A DNA stretch of 64,000 bases from an uncultured cyanobacterium (lineage in GTDB: Bacteria > Cyanobacteriota > Cyanobacteriia > Pseudanabaenales > Pseudanabaenaceae): assembly GCA_963703315.1 (NCBI GenBank), contig OY969811.1, forward strand, positions 896,001 to 960,000. The letters run 5' to 3'. Shown here in pieces: positions 21,007-29,641 of the stretch. The first letter of the stretch is position 1. Every line of letters begins with the position of its first letter. The notes beneath the pieces were generated by a model. It saw only the letters and a list, made by a program, of their open reading frames with translations, had not been told where the DNA came from and searched no databases. The translations under genes were made by a program, and so were the position numbers.

Positions 21007-21241
21007 GCTTAGGAATCCCTATATTTATCTAAATTTTACAACTATTAAGCTTTTGTTATGTTCTAGAAATTTTTTAGAAACAGAAAACAAAGTTAAGTTT
21101 AGTTGTGCCTTACTACACAACCTCGTAATTTAGTTTACAGGTCAGACAGCCCAGAAGCTTATAAGAAGAACAAATGAGTAATATTAAGTTTTGATAATTT
21201 GTAGAAAAATTTAGAGAATAATTTTTCGCTATGGCTGTGAG

Positions 21242-21342
21242 TAAGTAGGCTTAAATTAAATATAAAATCCTAAAACCTGTGGCGCACGCGCAGCGTGCGC
21301 CACAGGTTTTAAATCTGGTTTTTAATTGTGTCGAGGTACTTA
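21242..21342. mobile_element. Family A element
   Basis: Same orientation and GCA loop as the 12699 copy; TAAGTA...TACTTA ends. Confidence 0.8.
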
Positions 21343-21379
21343 GTCGTTTTTAATTTTAAGCAGTGACAAGGAATTTATT

Positions 21380-22768
21380 TTGAGCATACTAATTCGACAA
21401 AGCCAGATTATTTTGCCCGATCGCGAGACTTTGGTAGGAGATGTCTATGTCAAGCATGGCAAAATCGAGGCGATCGCCCCTTCCCTAAATCCTGCCGATC
21501 TCAGCCCTGATGAACAACCTTTAGAAATTATCGAAGCATCTGGCTTGACCTTACTAGCAGGCGTAATCGATCCGCAGGTGCATTTTCGTGAACCGGGACT
21601 AGAGCATAAGGAGGATTTACGGACTGCCAGCCATGCCTGTGCTAAAGGTGGTGTGACTAGCTTTTTAGAAATGCCAAATACTCGTCCACTGACAATTACG
21701 CAAGCGGCATTAGAGGACAAGCTCAGTCGGGCGGCTAGCAAATGTGTGGTGAATTACGGCTTTTTTATTGGGGCAACGGCAGAAGTTTTACCTGATTTGC
21801 TCACGGCTAATCCCACCTGTGGCATCAAGATATTTATGGGATCGATGCATGGGGCTTTGCTAGTCGATCAAGAGGAAGTTTTAGATCGGATTTTTTCGCA
21901 GGGCGATCGCCTGATTGCAGTTCATGCTGAGGATCAAGCAAGGATTGCTCAACGTCGTCAGGAATTTGCGGGTAGTAAAGAGCCTGCGCTGCATTCGATT
22001 ATTCAAGACAATCAAGCGGCGCTCAATGCTACACAATTAGCGGTCAAACTTTCTAAAAAATATCAAAGACGGTTACATATTCTGCACTTGTCCACAGGGG
22101 AAGAGGCGGAATTTTTGCGCCAAGATAAACCTGCATGGGTGACTGCGGAAGTAACTCCCCAGCATCTATTGCTAAATATTGGTGCTTACGAAAAAATTGG
22201 TTCCCTCGCCCAAATGAACCCACCCTTGCGATTGCCCCGTGATCAAGAAATTCTCTGGCAAGCCCTGCTAGATGGTGTGATTGACTTTATCGCCACTGAC
22301 CATGCGCCCCATACCTTAGCGGAGAAGGGATTAGCCGCTAATGAAGATCTCCCATCGAACCAATCTGAAAAGTCCTCTAAAGATACAGTATTGCTAGAGC
22401 CAGCGAATGTACCATCGGGAATGCCGGGGGTAGAGACATCCTTAGCATTGATGCTGACCCAAGCCGCTAAGGGACGTTGCACAGTCCATCAAGTTAGCCA
22501 ATGGATGAGCTGCAATGTAGCGAAAGCCTACAAAATTGCCAATAAAGGTGAAATTCGGGTCGGTTGGGATGCGGACTTGGTGCTAGTGGATCTACACAAA
22601 TATAAGCCTGTACGGAATGAAGATATGTTGACTAAATGTGGTTGGAGTTCCTTTGCAGGATGGGACCTTACAGGTTGGGCAGTAACAACAATTGTCGGTG
22701 GACAAGTGGTTTTTGCTAATGGCAAAGTTAACCCTGATGTGCGTGGTCAAGCCTTGCAATTCGGTTGA
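21380..22768 (+). CDS. pyrC: Dihydroorotase
   Basis: DPQVHFREPG, EMPNT, MNPPLR, TDHAPH. Confidence 0.9.
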   Translation: MSILIRQSQIILPDRETLVGDVYVKHGKIEAIAPSLNPADLSPDEQPLEIIEASGLTLLAGVIDPQVHFREPGLEHKEDLRTASHACAKGGVTSFLEMPNTRPLTITQAALEDKLSRAASKCVVNYGFFIGATAEVLPDLLTANPTCGIKIFMGSMHGALLVDQEEVLDRIFSQGDRLIAVHAEDQARIAQRRQEFAGSKEPALHSIIQDNQAALNATQLAVKLSKKYQRRLHILHLSTGEEAEFLRQDKPAWVTAEVTPQHLLLNIGAYEKIGSLAQMNPPLRLPRDQEILWQALLDGVIDFIATDHAPHTLAEKGLAANEDLPSNQSEKSSKDTVLLEPANVPSGMPGVETSLALMLTQAAKGRCTVHQVSQWMSCNVAKAYKIANKGEIRVGWDADLVLVDLHKYKPVRNEDMLTKCGWSSFAGWDLTGWAVTTIVGGQVVFANGKVNPDVRGQALQFG

Positions 22769-22891
22769 TAATGTAACGCGCAAAGCGCGTCACATTATTT
22801 GGGAGCTATATTTAGAAATTAGTTAGAAATTAGAAAGTAGCGTTAGACAACATTCTGGTGAGCTTGCTTTGCAGAATGATTTACAAGATTT

Positions 22892-23629
22892 ATGAGAATT
22901 ATCCGAAAAACATCGATTTTATTAATAGCGATCGCTACAGGTTTGTTAACAGCCTGTAGCAACGCCAATACGGGTAATAGTAATTTCTCCATGCCAGCGA
23001 TCGATACCACCAAAGTCTCGCCTACCGCTACCCCAACTACTACCCCGACAAGCTCAACGGCTCCTACTAACTCACCAAGTGCTAGTCCCAAACCTGCGAT
23101 CGCCCCTACCAATTTACCTAGCAATTTACCTAGCAATTTACCTGAACTAGAAATCAAAGAACTTGAGCCTTACAAGCATCGCTCTGGCATTCTGGAAATG
23201 ACAGTGCCGAAGGGTTGGAAAGTAGCTGATCAAAGTCAGACAGGTGAAATATTGGTAACTTGGAACGAAAAATCGGGACGTGCCACAATTTCCACAAATA
23301 TTTTTGTACCACCGAGTGAAATTCCTGAAAATCGGCTGGGTGATACTTTTACCACAATTATTAAGGGTATGTATGGTAATCAGCCTGATTTTGCCATGCA
23401 AGCGCCTGTGGTCGAGACTACAGGAACTATCGTGATCGTCTGGACATCGACATTAACCATCGGTAATACCAAACTCAAATTTTTAGCTAATAGTAAACTC
23501 CAACGGAGCAATAACAAGTTTGTAATTTTAACTTTTGGTGCGATCGAGCCAAAATTTGTAGAGTTAAGGGATTACTTCGTTAAAATAGCCAACAACCAGA
23601 TTGTCAATGCCAGTCTTGCTATCCCTTAA
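22892..23629 (+). CDS. Lipoprotein with Pro/Thr-rich linker (possible PsbP/DcrB-like fold)
   Basis: Lipobox LTAC; YKHRSG..VPKGW; paralog of the next gene. Confidence 0.75.
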   Translation: MRIIRKTSILLIAIATGLLTACSNANTGNSNFSMPAIDTTKVSPTATPTTTPTSSTAPTNSPSASPKPAIAPTNLPSNLPSNLPELEIKELEPYKHRSGILEMTVPKGWKVADQSQTGEILVTWNEKSGRATISTNIFVPPSEIPENRLGDTFTTIIKGMYGNQPDFAMQAPVVETTGTIVIVWTSTLTIGNTKLKFLANSKLQRSNNKFVILTFGAIEPKFVELRDYFVKIANNQIVNASLAIP

Positions 23630-23651
23630 AACTAACTTTTAATAATTAACA

Positions 23652-24326
23652 ATGCGAAAACCTAATTCGATAACTGCTACCTTTGGCGCGATCGCCATTT
23701 TAGCTAGCTTACTCGGCAGTTGCGCCCCCGAACAAGCCAGTAATCCGACCGCTAGCCCTAGTGCGGCAACAAAAACTCCTGATGCCAAGAGTGTCGCCAC
23801 AAAAACAGATGCGGCAACCAAATCTGATGCTCGGATCATTAAAGTCAAAATCGATGGTTTAGAAACCTACAAACATCCTTCTGGACTATTCCAAATTGAT
23901 GCTCCTAAAGGTTGGACTCCTAAAGAAAATAAAAAGCCAAATGAGATAATTGTTCTGTGGTTTGACCCCACTAAAAATGCCTTACTCACGGTTGATGTTT
24001 TTAAAGCACCATCGGAAACTACTCCTGAGCAATTGACCGCTTTATTGGAGAAATTTCTCAAGCAGACCTTTGGTAGTAGACCAGGATTTGCCACCGAAAA
24101 ACCCTTGCCCCAAAAAGATGGTAGTGTCCAAGTTGTCTGGAGCTATGATGAATCGGTCAAAACCATTACTGCCAAGATCCAAGGTAATAGCTTTATCAGT
24201 CGCAATGGTGACAAAATCTCGTTGATTACTACTGGTGGTGTGGCTGATCAAATGCCAGCACTGAAAGAGTCTTTTGATAAGGTAGTAAATAGTTATACAG
24301 TCAATCCTGATGTAGTTATCCCCTAA
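23652..24326 (+). CDS. Lipoprotein, tandem paralog of 22892-23629
   Basis: Lipobox LGSC; YKHPSG..APKGW. Confidence 0.78.
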   Translation: MRKPNSITATFGAIAILASLLGSCAPEQASNPTASPSAATKTPDAKSVATKTDAATKSDARIIKVKIDGLETYKHPSGLFQIDAPKGWTPKENKKPNEIIVLWFDPTKNALLTVDVFKAPSETTPEQLTALLEKFLKQTFGSRPGFATEKPLPQKDGSVQVVWSYDESVKTITAKIQGNSFISRNGDKISLITTGGVADQMPALKESFDKVVNSYTVNPDVVIP

Positions 24327-24329
24327 ACA

Positions 24330-24450
24330 ATAGAGGCGGAGCAAAGCGCCGCCTCTATACTTTTATGGAAAAGCGCTCCTGTGGAGCGCTTTTCCATAAA
24401 CCCAAAAACCAGAGCTTGTGCCGCCCGCGTAGCGGGCGGCACAAGCTTCT
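24330..24450. repeat. Cluster of three adjacent palindromes
   Basis: TAGAGGCGG..AAA..CCGCCTCTA; TTATGGAAAAGCGCTCC-TGT-GGAGCGCTTTTCCATAA; AGCTTGTGCCGCCCGC-GTA-GCGGGCGGCACAAGCT. Confidence 0.8.
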
Positions 24451-24490
24451 AGGTTTTAAGTTTACTTATCATTTTAGATGTAAAGAAGAT

Positions 24491-25330
24491 ATGCAACTGG
24501 CGATCGCCATTATTGACGCATTTACAAATCAACCTTTTCGCGGTAACCCTGCGGCAACTGTCCTTGTGGAGCGATTTCCTGAAGATAGCCTCATGCAACA
24601 GATTGCGGCAGAAATGAATCTTTCTGAAACCGCCTTTGTCCAACCTTTATCCAACAACTATTTCCAGCTACGCTGGTTTACCCCCAAGCAAGAAGTACCT
24701 CTCTGTGGTCATGCCACCCTCGCGATCGCCCATTACTTACGTGAATTATCAGCGATTAACCCTGAGATACCACTTATTTTCTCCACACTTAGCGGCGACT
24801 TAACGATTAGCTTTGAAGATCATTTGATCGTGATGGATTTTCCCGCCGCTTTTTATCAGCCATGCTCAGCGCGATCGCAAAAAATCCTAGCGAATATGCT
24901 GCACGATATTCCCTATACAACCTTGGGACAAAGCGAAGATTACATTACCGTTGTCCTAGAGTCAGAAACTGCTGTCCAAAATTTTCAACCCCAACATAAT
25001 TTGATTGCTCAGTTAGATGGGTTTGGATTCATTATTACGGCGATCTCCGATCCTCAGCATCCCTACGACTTTGTATCAAGATTTTTTGCACCTACAGCAG
25101 GCATTCCTGAAGATCCTGTGACAGGCTCAGCCCATTGCAGTCTCACTCCTTACTGGGCAAAGCGGCTCGGCAAAAGTGACCTTCGAGCCAAACAATTATC
25201 AGCACGTACAGGGAAGCTCCAAGTTAGCGATCGCGGTACAAGGGTTTTAATCAAAGGAGAAGCAGTCACTTTTCTACGAGGTCAAATTTACAGCGCTGTG
25301 CGCTCAAACCCTTACCAAGAGTTTTTGTAA
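24491..25330 (+). CDS. PhzF-family isomerase/epimerase
   Basis: DAFTNQPFRGNPA, NLSETAF, LCGHATLA, EDPVTGSAH; the true start is most likely ATG 24491. Confidence 0.93.
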   Translation: MQLAIAIIDAFTNQPFRGNPAATVLVERFPEDSLMQQIAAEMNLSETAFVQPLSNNYFQLRWFTPKQEVPLCGHATLAIAHYLRELSAINPEIPLIFSTLSGDLTISFEDHLIVMDFPAAFYQPCSARSQKILANMLHDIPYTTLGQSEDYITVVLESETAVQNFQPQHNLIAQLDGFGFIITAISDPQHPYDFVSRFFAPTAGIPEDPVTGSAHCSLTPYWAKRLGKSDLRAKQLSARTGKLQVSDRGTRVLIKGEAVTFLRGQIYSAVRSNPYQEFL

Positions 25331-25548
25331 CCCACATTCCGCTCGTAATGGAGGCCTAAAAATATTTACAACGAGACAATGAGGGTTTCAGCGATTTTCT
25401 GGAAAATTAATGATAATGACTCCTATTAGTACGTCATTATTGACAATATTAAGATAGTGTTATTTTTCTGACGAAAGCCCAAAATACTTACTGTATAAGG
25501 ATTTGTTTTCTAAATATTTTTTTCAGTAAAATAAGAGCGGAATGTGGG
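25331..25548. mobile_element. 218-bp MITE with 14-bp TIRs and 6-bp target duplication (possibly IS1634-derived)
   Basis: CCCACATTCCGCTC...GAGCGGAATGTGGG flanked by TTGTAA on both sides; splits one arm of a palindrome; no ORF. Confidence 0.9.
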
Positions 25549-25606
25549 TTGTAAAGGCGTTGCGAAGCAACGCCTTTACAAAAACTCTTGGTTGGCTCGA
25601 AAATTT

Positions 25607-25846
25607 TTAGGCGACGGCGATATTGGCACAAAAGTACCACCAGAGAGAAACGCGATCGCCTTCATCAACAATGATCGAAATCGTGCCTGAATCCAAGTCA
25701 CGACGGCAGGCATCGATCGCTTGTTCGGGAGTTTCATGAGTATCTACAGGTAAAAAAGTCTTACCTAAATAACTAATTCCTTGTTCATTGCCCCAAGGAG
25801 TTTGAAAGTTAGTTGGTTGAATATCAGATGAAGATAGAATAATCAT
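25607..25846 (-). CDS. Small hypothetical protein
   Basis: 79-aa ORF containing HIP1; AIDACRRDLDSG motif. Confidence 0.7.
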   Translation of the reverse strand: MIILSSSDIQPTNFQTPWGNEQGISYLGKTFLPVDTHETPEQAIDACRRDLDSGTISIIVDEGDRVSLWWYFCANIAVA

Positions 25847-25977
25847 AACTAGCTCACACAGGACGTTCTAAACATATTTATATGTTCGGATAATTCTGTT
25901 GCTCAAGCTGTGATGTCTAACTTGGCTGACCTGTGACAGTTATAAGCATTTATAAGTGATCGTATCAAGAGTTTTAG

Positions 25978-25993
25978 TGTGACTGAGATCACA
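25978..25993. promoter_or_regulatory. CRP-family (SyCRP1-like) binding site
   Basis: Perfect TGTGA-N6-TCACA ~130 bp upstream of 25607-25846. Confidence 0.55.
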
Positions 25994-26031
25994 AAAAATC
26001 AAGTAGAGATACGCCGCTTCGCGGCGCATCT

Positions 26032-27135
26032 CTACTTAGAAGTTGTTATAAGAGGTAAAAATGCCTTGACCACAGTTTGCTCATAGGGAACGCTATCAAT
26101 CTCTAGCCTTCCACCATGCAGTTCCAGCAACCGTTTGGCGATCGCTAAGCCTAGCCCTGTCCCTTGTTGAATATATAGCTTTTTCTCAAACTTAATATAC
26201 GCCCCAAAACTAGCCAGTTGCTCAGACTCAATCCCCTGACCATGATCTGTGACCATCAAACAAAATTCTTTGTCGTCAGCACTTCCTGTAACAGAAACAT
26301 CAGTCCCCTCATGGGAAAACTTGAACCCATTATCAATAATTTCTTTAGCAATCACATTCAGATAGGAATCGGAAATGCGGATACTCGCATCTTTAATATC
26401 AACGTGCAGATCTGAAACACGGTTATACTGTTCCGCAATTTTTTTAGCAACGCTCGAAATCTCAATATCGACAAAAGTTGTCTTACTATAACGAATTTGG
26501 TTAAGCCATTCCGTATTATTCTCTGTAGACTCTAGCTCAGCATATAGCAAGAATTTTTTCACCATTTCATGCATATCCCGCCCCGCCTTACGAATCCGCT
26601 TACCAATATCGGGTACTTCATGGGCTTGCATAGCATGATAATTTTTGACCAAAATATCTGCTAACCCCATCACCTCGATCGCAGGAAATAATAATTGATG
26701 GGGCAATGACTTAGAGATATTTCCTCGTAAATTAGCTAATTCTTGTTTGTAATAACTATTAATTATTTCTTGCTTCTTAAATTGAGCATTAATTGCCCCC
26801 AGTAATTCATCCCTAGTAAAGGGCTTAGTCAAATAATCGTCTGAACCAAGTTCCATTCCTTGCCGAAAGTCGGTTTTGTCGGACTTAGCACTGAGGAATA
26901 TAAAAGGAATGGTAGTGGTAGCAGGATTATTACGGAGTGCCGAAATCACTCCATAGCCATCAATTTCAGGCATCATGATATCGCAGATAATCAAGCTAGG
27001 AATATGTTGCTGTGCCATCTCCAAACCATCGCGTCCATTAGCGGCGCTAATTACCATGTGTCCCTCTGCTTGTAACATTCGGGTGGTATTTAGTAAGACA
27101 TTGGGATTATCCTCGATGAGGAGAATTTTTTTCAT
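26032..27135 (-). CDS. Receiver-HisKA-HATPase hybrid with atypical H-box
   Basis: N-terminal REC (CDIMMP), LPHQLLFP, DNGFKFS, GTGLGL. Confidence 0.88.
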   Translation of the reverse strand: MKKILLIEDNPNVLLNTTRMLQAEGHMVISAANGRDGLEMAQQHIPSLIICDIMMPEIDGYGVISALRNNPATTTIPFIFLSAKSDKTDFRQGMELGSDDYLTKPFTRDELLGAINAQFKKQEIINSYYKQELANLRGNISKSLPHQLLFPAIEVMGLADILVKNYHAMQAHEVPDIGKRIRKAGRDMHEMVKKFLLYAELESTENNTEWLNQIRYSKTTFVDIEISSVAKKIAEQYNRVSDLHVDIKDASIRISDSYLNVIAKEIIDNGFKFSHEGTDVSVTGSADDKEFCLMVTDHGQGIESEQLASFGAYIKFEKKLYIQQGTGLGLAIAKRLLELHGGRLEIDSVPYEQTVVKAFLPLITTSK

Positions 27136-27239
27136 TCTAGCTTTCCTGTATCTCTAAGAAACATTATACCGATAGCGATCGCCTGTACGATAAGTCATAA
27201 TACTTAGAAAACAAAAGACTCAAATTACACTTTACCGCT

Positions 27240-28487
27240 TCACACTTTATCGCTATTGGGGTCATAGGTCATCGGCAACATAACTGTAAATTCTGTACCG
27301 ACATCTACTTGGCTTTTGACAGATATTGAACCATTGAGAATATCTACACAGTTTTTGACAATTGACAAACCCAATCCTGTTCCCGGCAAGATACCAACGT
27401 TTTTACCTCGGTGAAATGCACTAAATAAATGTTCTATATCTTCTTCAGGAATACCAATACCATGATCAATCACGACAAAAGTTACATACTCTTGATCAAT
27501 TAAAATTTTAAAATTAATTTGTTTATTGTGGGGTGAGTATTTAATCGCATTCGTAATCAGATTGGTCAGGATTTGACGCAATAACTTCTCATCCATTTTC
27601 ACTACTAGATCGGGAAGCTCTTTATGAAGATGAGGATTTTCAATTGATGTATTAGTTAGAGAAATATGTAAAAAAGATGTGAGGGTATAGTCTTGGGCAA
27701 AAGTTCGCTGCATTTGCCGCAATAGTTGACCACAAAAATGTAAAAGATCAAATTCAGTTAAATTAATTTTGGATTTATTCGCATTAGCTCTACTGAGAAA
27801 TAAGACATCTTCCATTAGCTCAGTCATGTGTTTTACTTCCGACTGAATTTGATGTAACTGTTCAACCTGTTCTTCCTTTGTCCATTCATAATATTCGAGC
27901 AATTCGGAGGCGCTTTGAATGGTGGTTAGCGGTGTGCGAAACTCATGGGATACAACCGAGATGAAATCTGATTTCATTTGACTAAGTTCACGCTCTTGCT
28001 TAAGCGATCGCGATAATACTTCGGCGGATAATTGTAATTGTTCATTTTGTTCTTGGAGCTTTTTTTGTAATGAACACAATCGCAAGTGAGTTTCGATTCT
28101 GGCTAATACTTCAATTAGCTGAAATGGTTTGCTAATGTAATCTACTCCACCTACAGAAAATGCTTCTACTTTTTCCGATGGCTCTTCGATAGAACTAATA
28201 AAAATAATTGGAATATCTTTAGTTACGGGGTTTGCCTTTAATCTAGTACAAACTTCATAGCCATTAATATCAGGCATCCGAATATCCAGTAAAATTATGT
28301 CAGGTAATTGCCGATTAACTAGATTTAATGCTTGAATACCACTCGTGGCTTGCTTGACTTTATATCCCTGTCGGAGCAGCATCAGTGATAATAGTTGGAT
28401 GTTATAAATAGTGTCATCAACTATGAGAATAGAAGCATTATTTGTATGTTTCTCTTCTTCAATCTGATTTAAGTCTTGAGTAGTCAT
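27240..28487 (-). CDS. Receiver-HisKA-HATPase hybrid kinase
   Basis: REC (LDIRMP), SHEFRTPL, NAIKYS, GTGLGL. Confidence 0.92.
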   Translation of the reverse strand: MTTQDLNQIEEEKHTNNASILIVDDTIYNIQLLSLMLLRQGYKVKQATSGIQALNLVNRQLPDIILLDIRMPDINGYEVCTRLKANPVTKDIPIIFISSIEEPSEKVEAFSVGGVDYISKPFQLIEVLARIETHLRLCSLQKKLQEQNEQLQLSAEVLSRSLKQERELSQMKSDFISVVSHEFRTPLTTIQSASELLEYYEWTKEEQVEQLHQIQSEVKHMTELMEDVLFLSRANANKSKINLTEFDLLHFCGQLLRQMQRTFAQDYTLTSFLHISLTNTSIENPHLHKELPDLVVKMDEKLLRQILTNLITNAIKYSPHNKQINFKILIDQEYVTFVVIDHGIGIPEEDIEHLFSAFHRGKNVGILPGTGLGLSIVKNCVDILNGSISVKSQVDVGTEFTVMLPMTYDPNSDKV

Positions 28488-28561
28488 CGCAAATAGATGT
28501 AAATAGATTTTTGTAGATTTTTGTAATTAGAAAAGCTTAATTATTTGTGGCTTAATTATTT

Positions 28562-28636
28562 GTAGGATGCGTTAGTGCAACGTAACGCATCCATTGAGTG
28601 AAGATGATGGGTTACGCGATCGCTAACCCATCCTAC
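28562..28636. repeat. Family D: inverted doublet of GTAG-type REP sequences (REPIN-like)
   Basis: GTAGGATGCGTTAG..CGTAACGCATCC-spacer-GATGGGTTACGCGATCGCTAACCCATCCTAC; near-identical copy at 57039-57116. Confidence 0.85.
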
Positions 28637-28659
28637 GTTTAATTTCAACAACTTTTACT

Positions 28660-28735
28660 TATAGAGTTTCTGAAATACGGGTTTGTTTCCCCGCCTTCGG
28701 CGGGGAAACAAACCCGTATACTGAAAAGCGCTATA
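28660..28735. repeat. Family C element
   Basis: ATACGGGTTTGTTTCCCCGCC-TTC-GGCGGGGAAACAAACCCGTAT...AAAAGCGCTATA. Confidence 0.85.
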
Positions 28736-28829
28736 TGCTTAGAATTTTACTCTTTTATTCCCATCGATAGTAGAGTAGAAGTAGCGTAAGTATTTTTAAC
28801 TACTCTCATAAATTATTGAGGATTGCTAT

Positions 28830-29579
28830 ATGCGATTTTCCATAATTCTTCCATGTCTCAATGAAATTCGGCATGGTTACCTAGATCTTATTTTTGCTAA
28901 TTTGTTTGCCCAAGTATTACCAAAGAATGGGGAAAAAGAAATTATTGCTGTTGTCAGTGCTAGCGACGATGACACAGAAACAGTGCTGGCTCAGTATGCA
29001 GTGCGATCGCCTGATGTCCAAGTGATCCGATCTCTGGGTCAAAATCGCGCTCAGAGACTCAATGATGGCATTAACGCTAGCACAGGAGAGATTATCTTAC
29101 TACATCATCCTGCAACGTTGTTACCAGAGACTATTGCTTTGCAGCTAGTCGAACAGGCTTTTGGAGCAGGACATCATTGGGGGGCATTTAGGCATAGTTT
29201 TGATTTTCCCCATTGGTTATTGCATTTTACGTCTTGGTATTCTGACAATGTGCGCGTTAGCCAAAAGGGGATTGTCTATCTCGATCACTGTCCATTTATT
29301 GATCGCCAAATTTTAACGGCTATTGGTAATGTTCCTGATCTCGATATTTTTGAAGATACGGTGCTTAGCGATCGCTTACGTCAAATCTCTAAGCCTGTGC
29401 TAGCTCAAGGTAAGGTGATCACCTCCGCAAGACGGTTTCACCAGAGGGGCATCTATCGTCATGCTATGCTCAACCAGTTGTTAAAAATATGCTATTACTT
29501 CCGTATTGACCCACGCTGGCTCAATCGTTTGTATGAACAAAAGGCTAGTATTAACGTCAAGTATGATCAGGGAACATAA
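28830..29579 (+). CDS. Glycosyltransferase family 2 (TIGR04283-like)
   Basis: FSIILPCLNE, RAQRLNDG, IFED, TSARRF. Confidence 0.82.
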   Translation: MRFSIILPCLNEIRHGYLDLIFANLFAQVLPKNGEKEIIAVVSASDDDTETVLAQYAVRSPDVQVIRSLGQNRAQRLNDGINASTGEIILLHHPATLLPETIALQLVEQAFGAGHHWGAFRHSFDFPHWLLHFTSWYSDNVRVSQKGIVYLDHCPFIDRQILTAIGNVPDLDIFEDTVLSDRLRQISKPVLAQGKVITSARRFHQRGIYRHAMLNQLLKICYYFRIDPRWLNRLYEQKASINVKYDQGT

Positions 29580-29641
29580 AATTGAGATGTTCGCCAAATT
29601 TTTATGTTCGGTTTAGATTATTTAATGAGGAGTTTTTAAGG

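Noticed and set aside
24365..24490. N-terminal extension of the PhzF ORF
   Set aside because: It translates through palindromic repeats; family similarity starts at ATG 24491.
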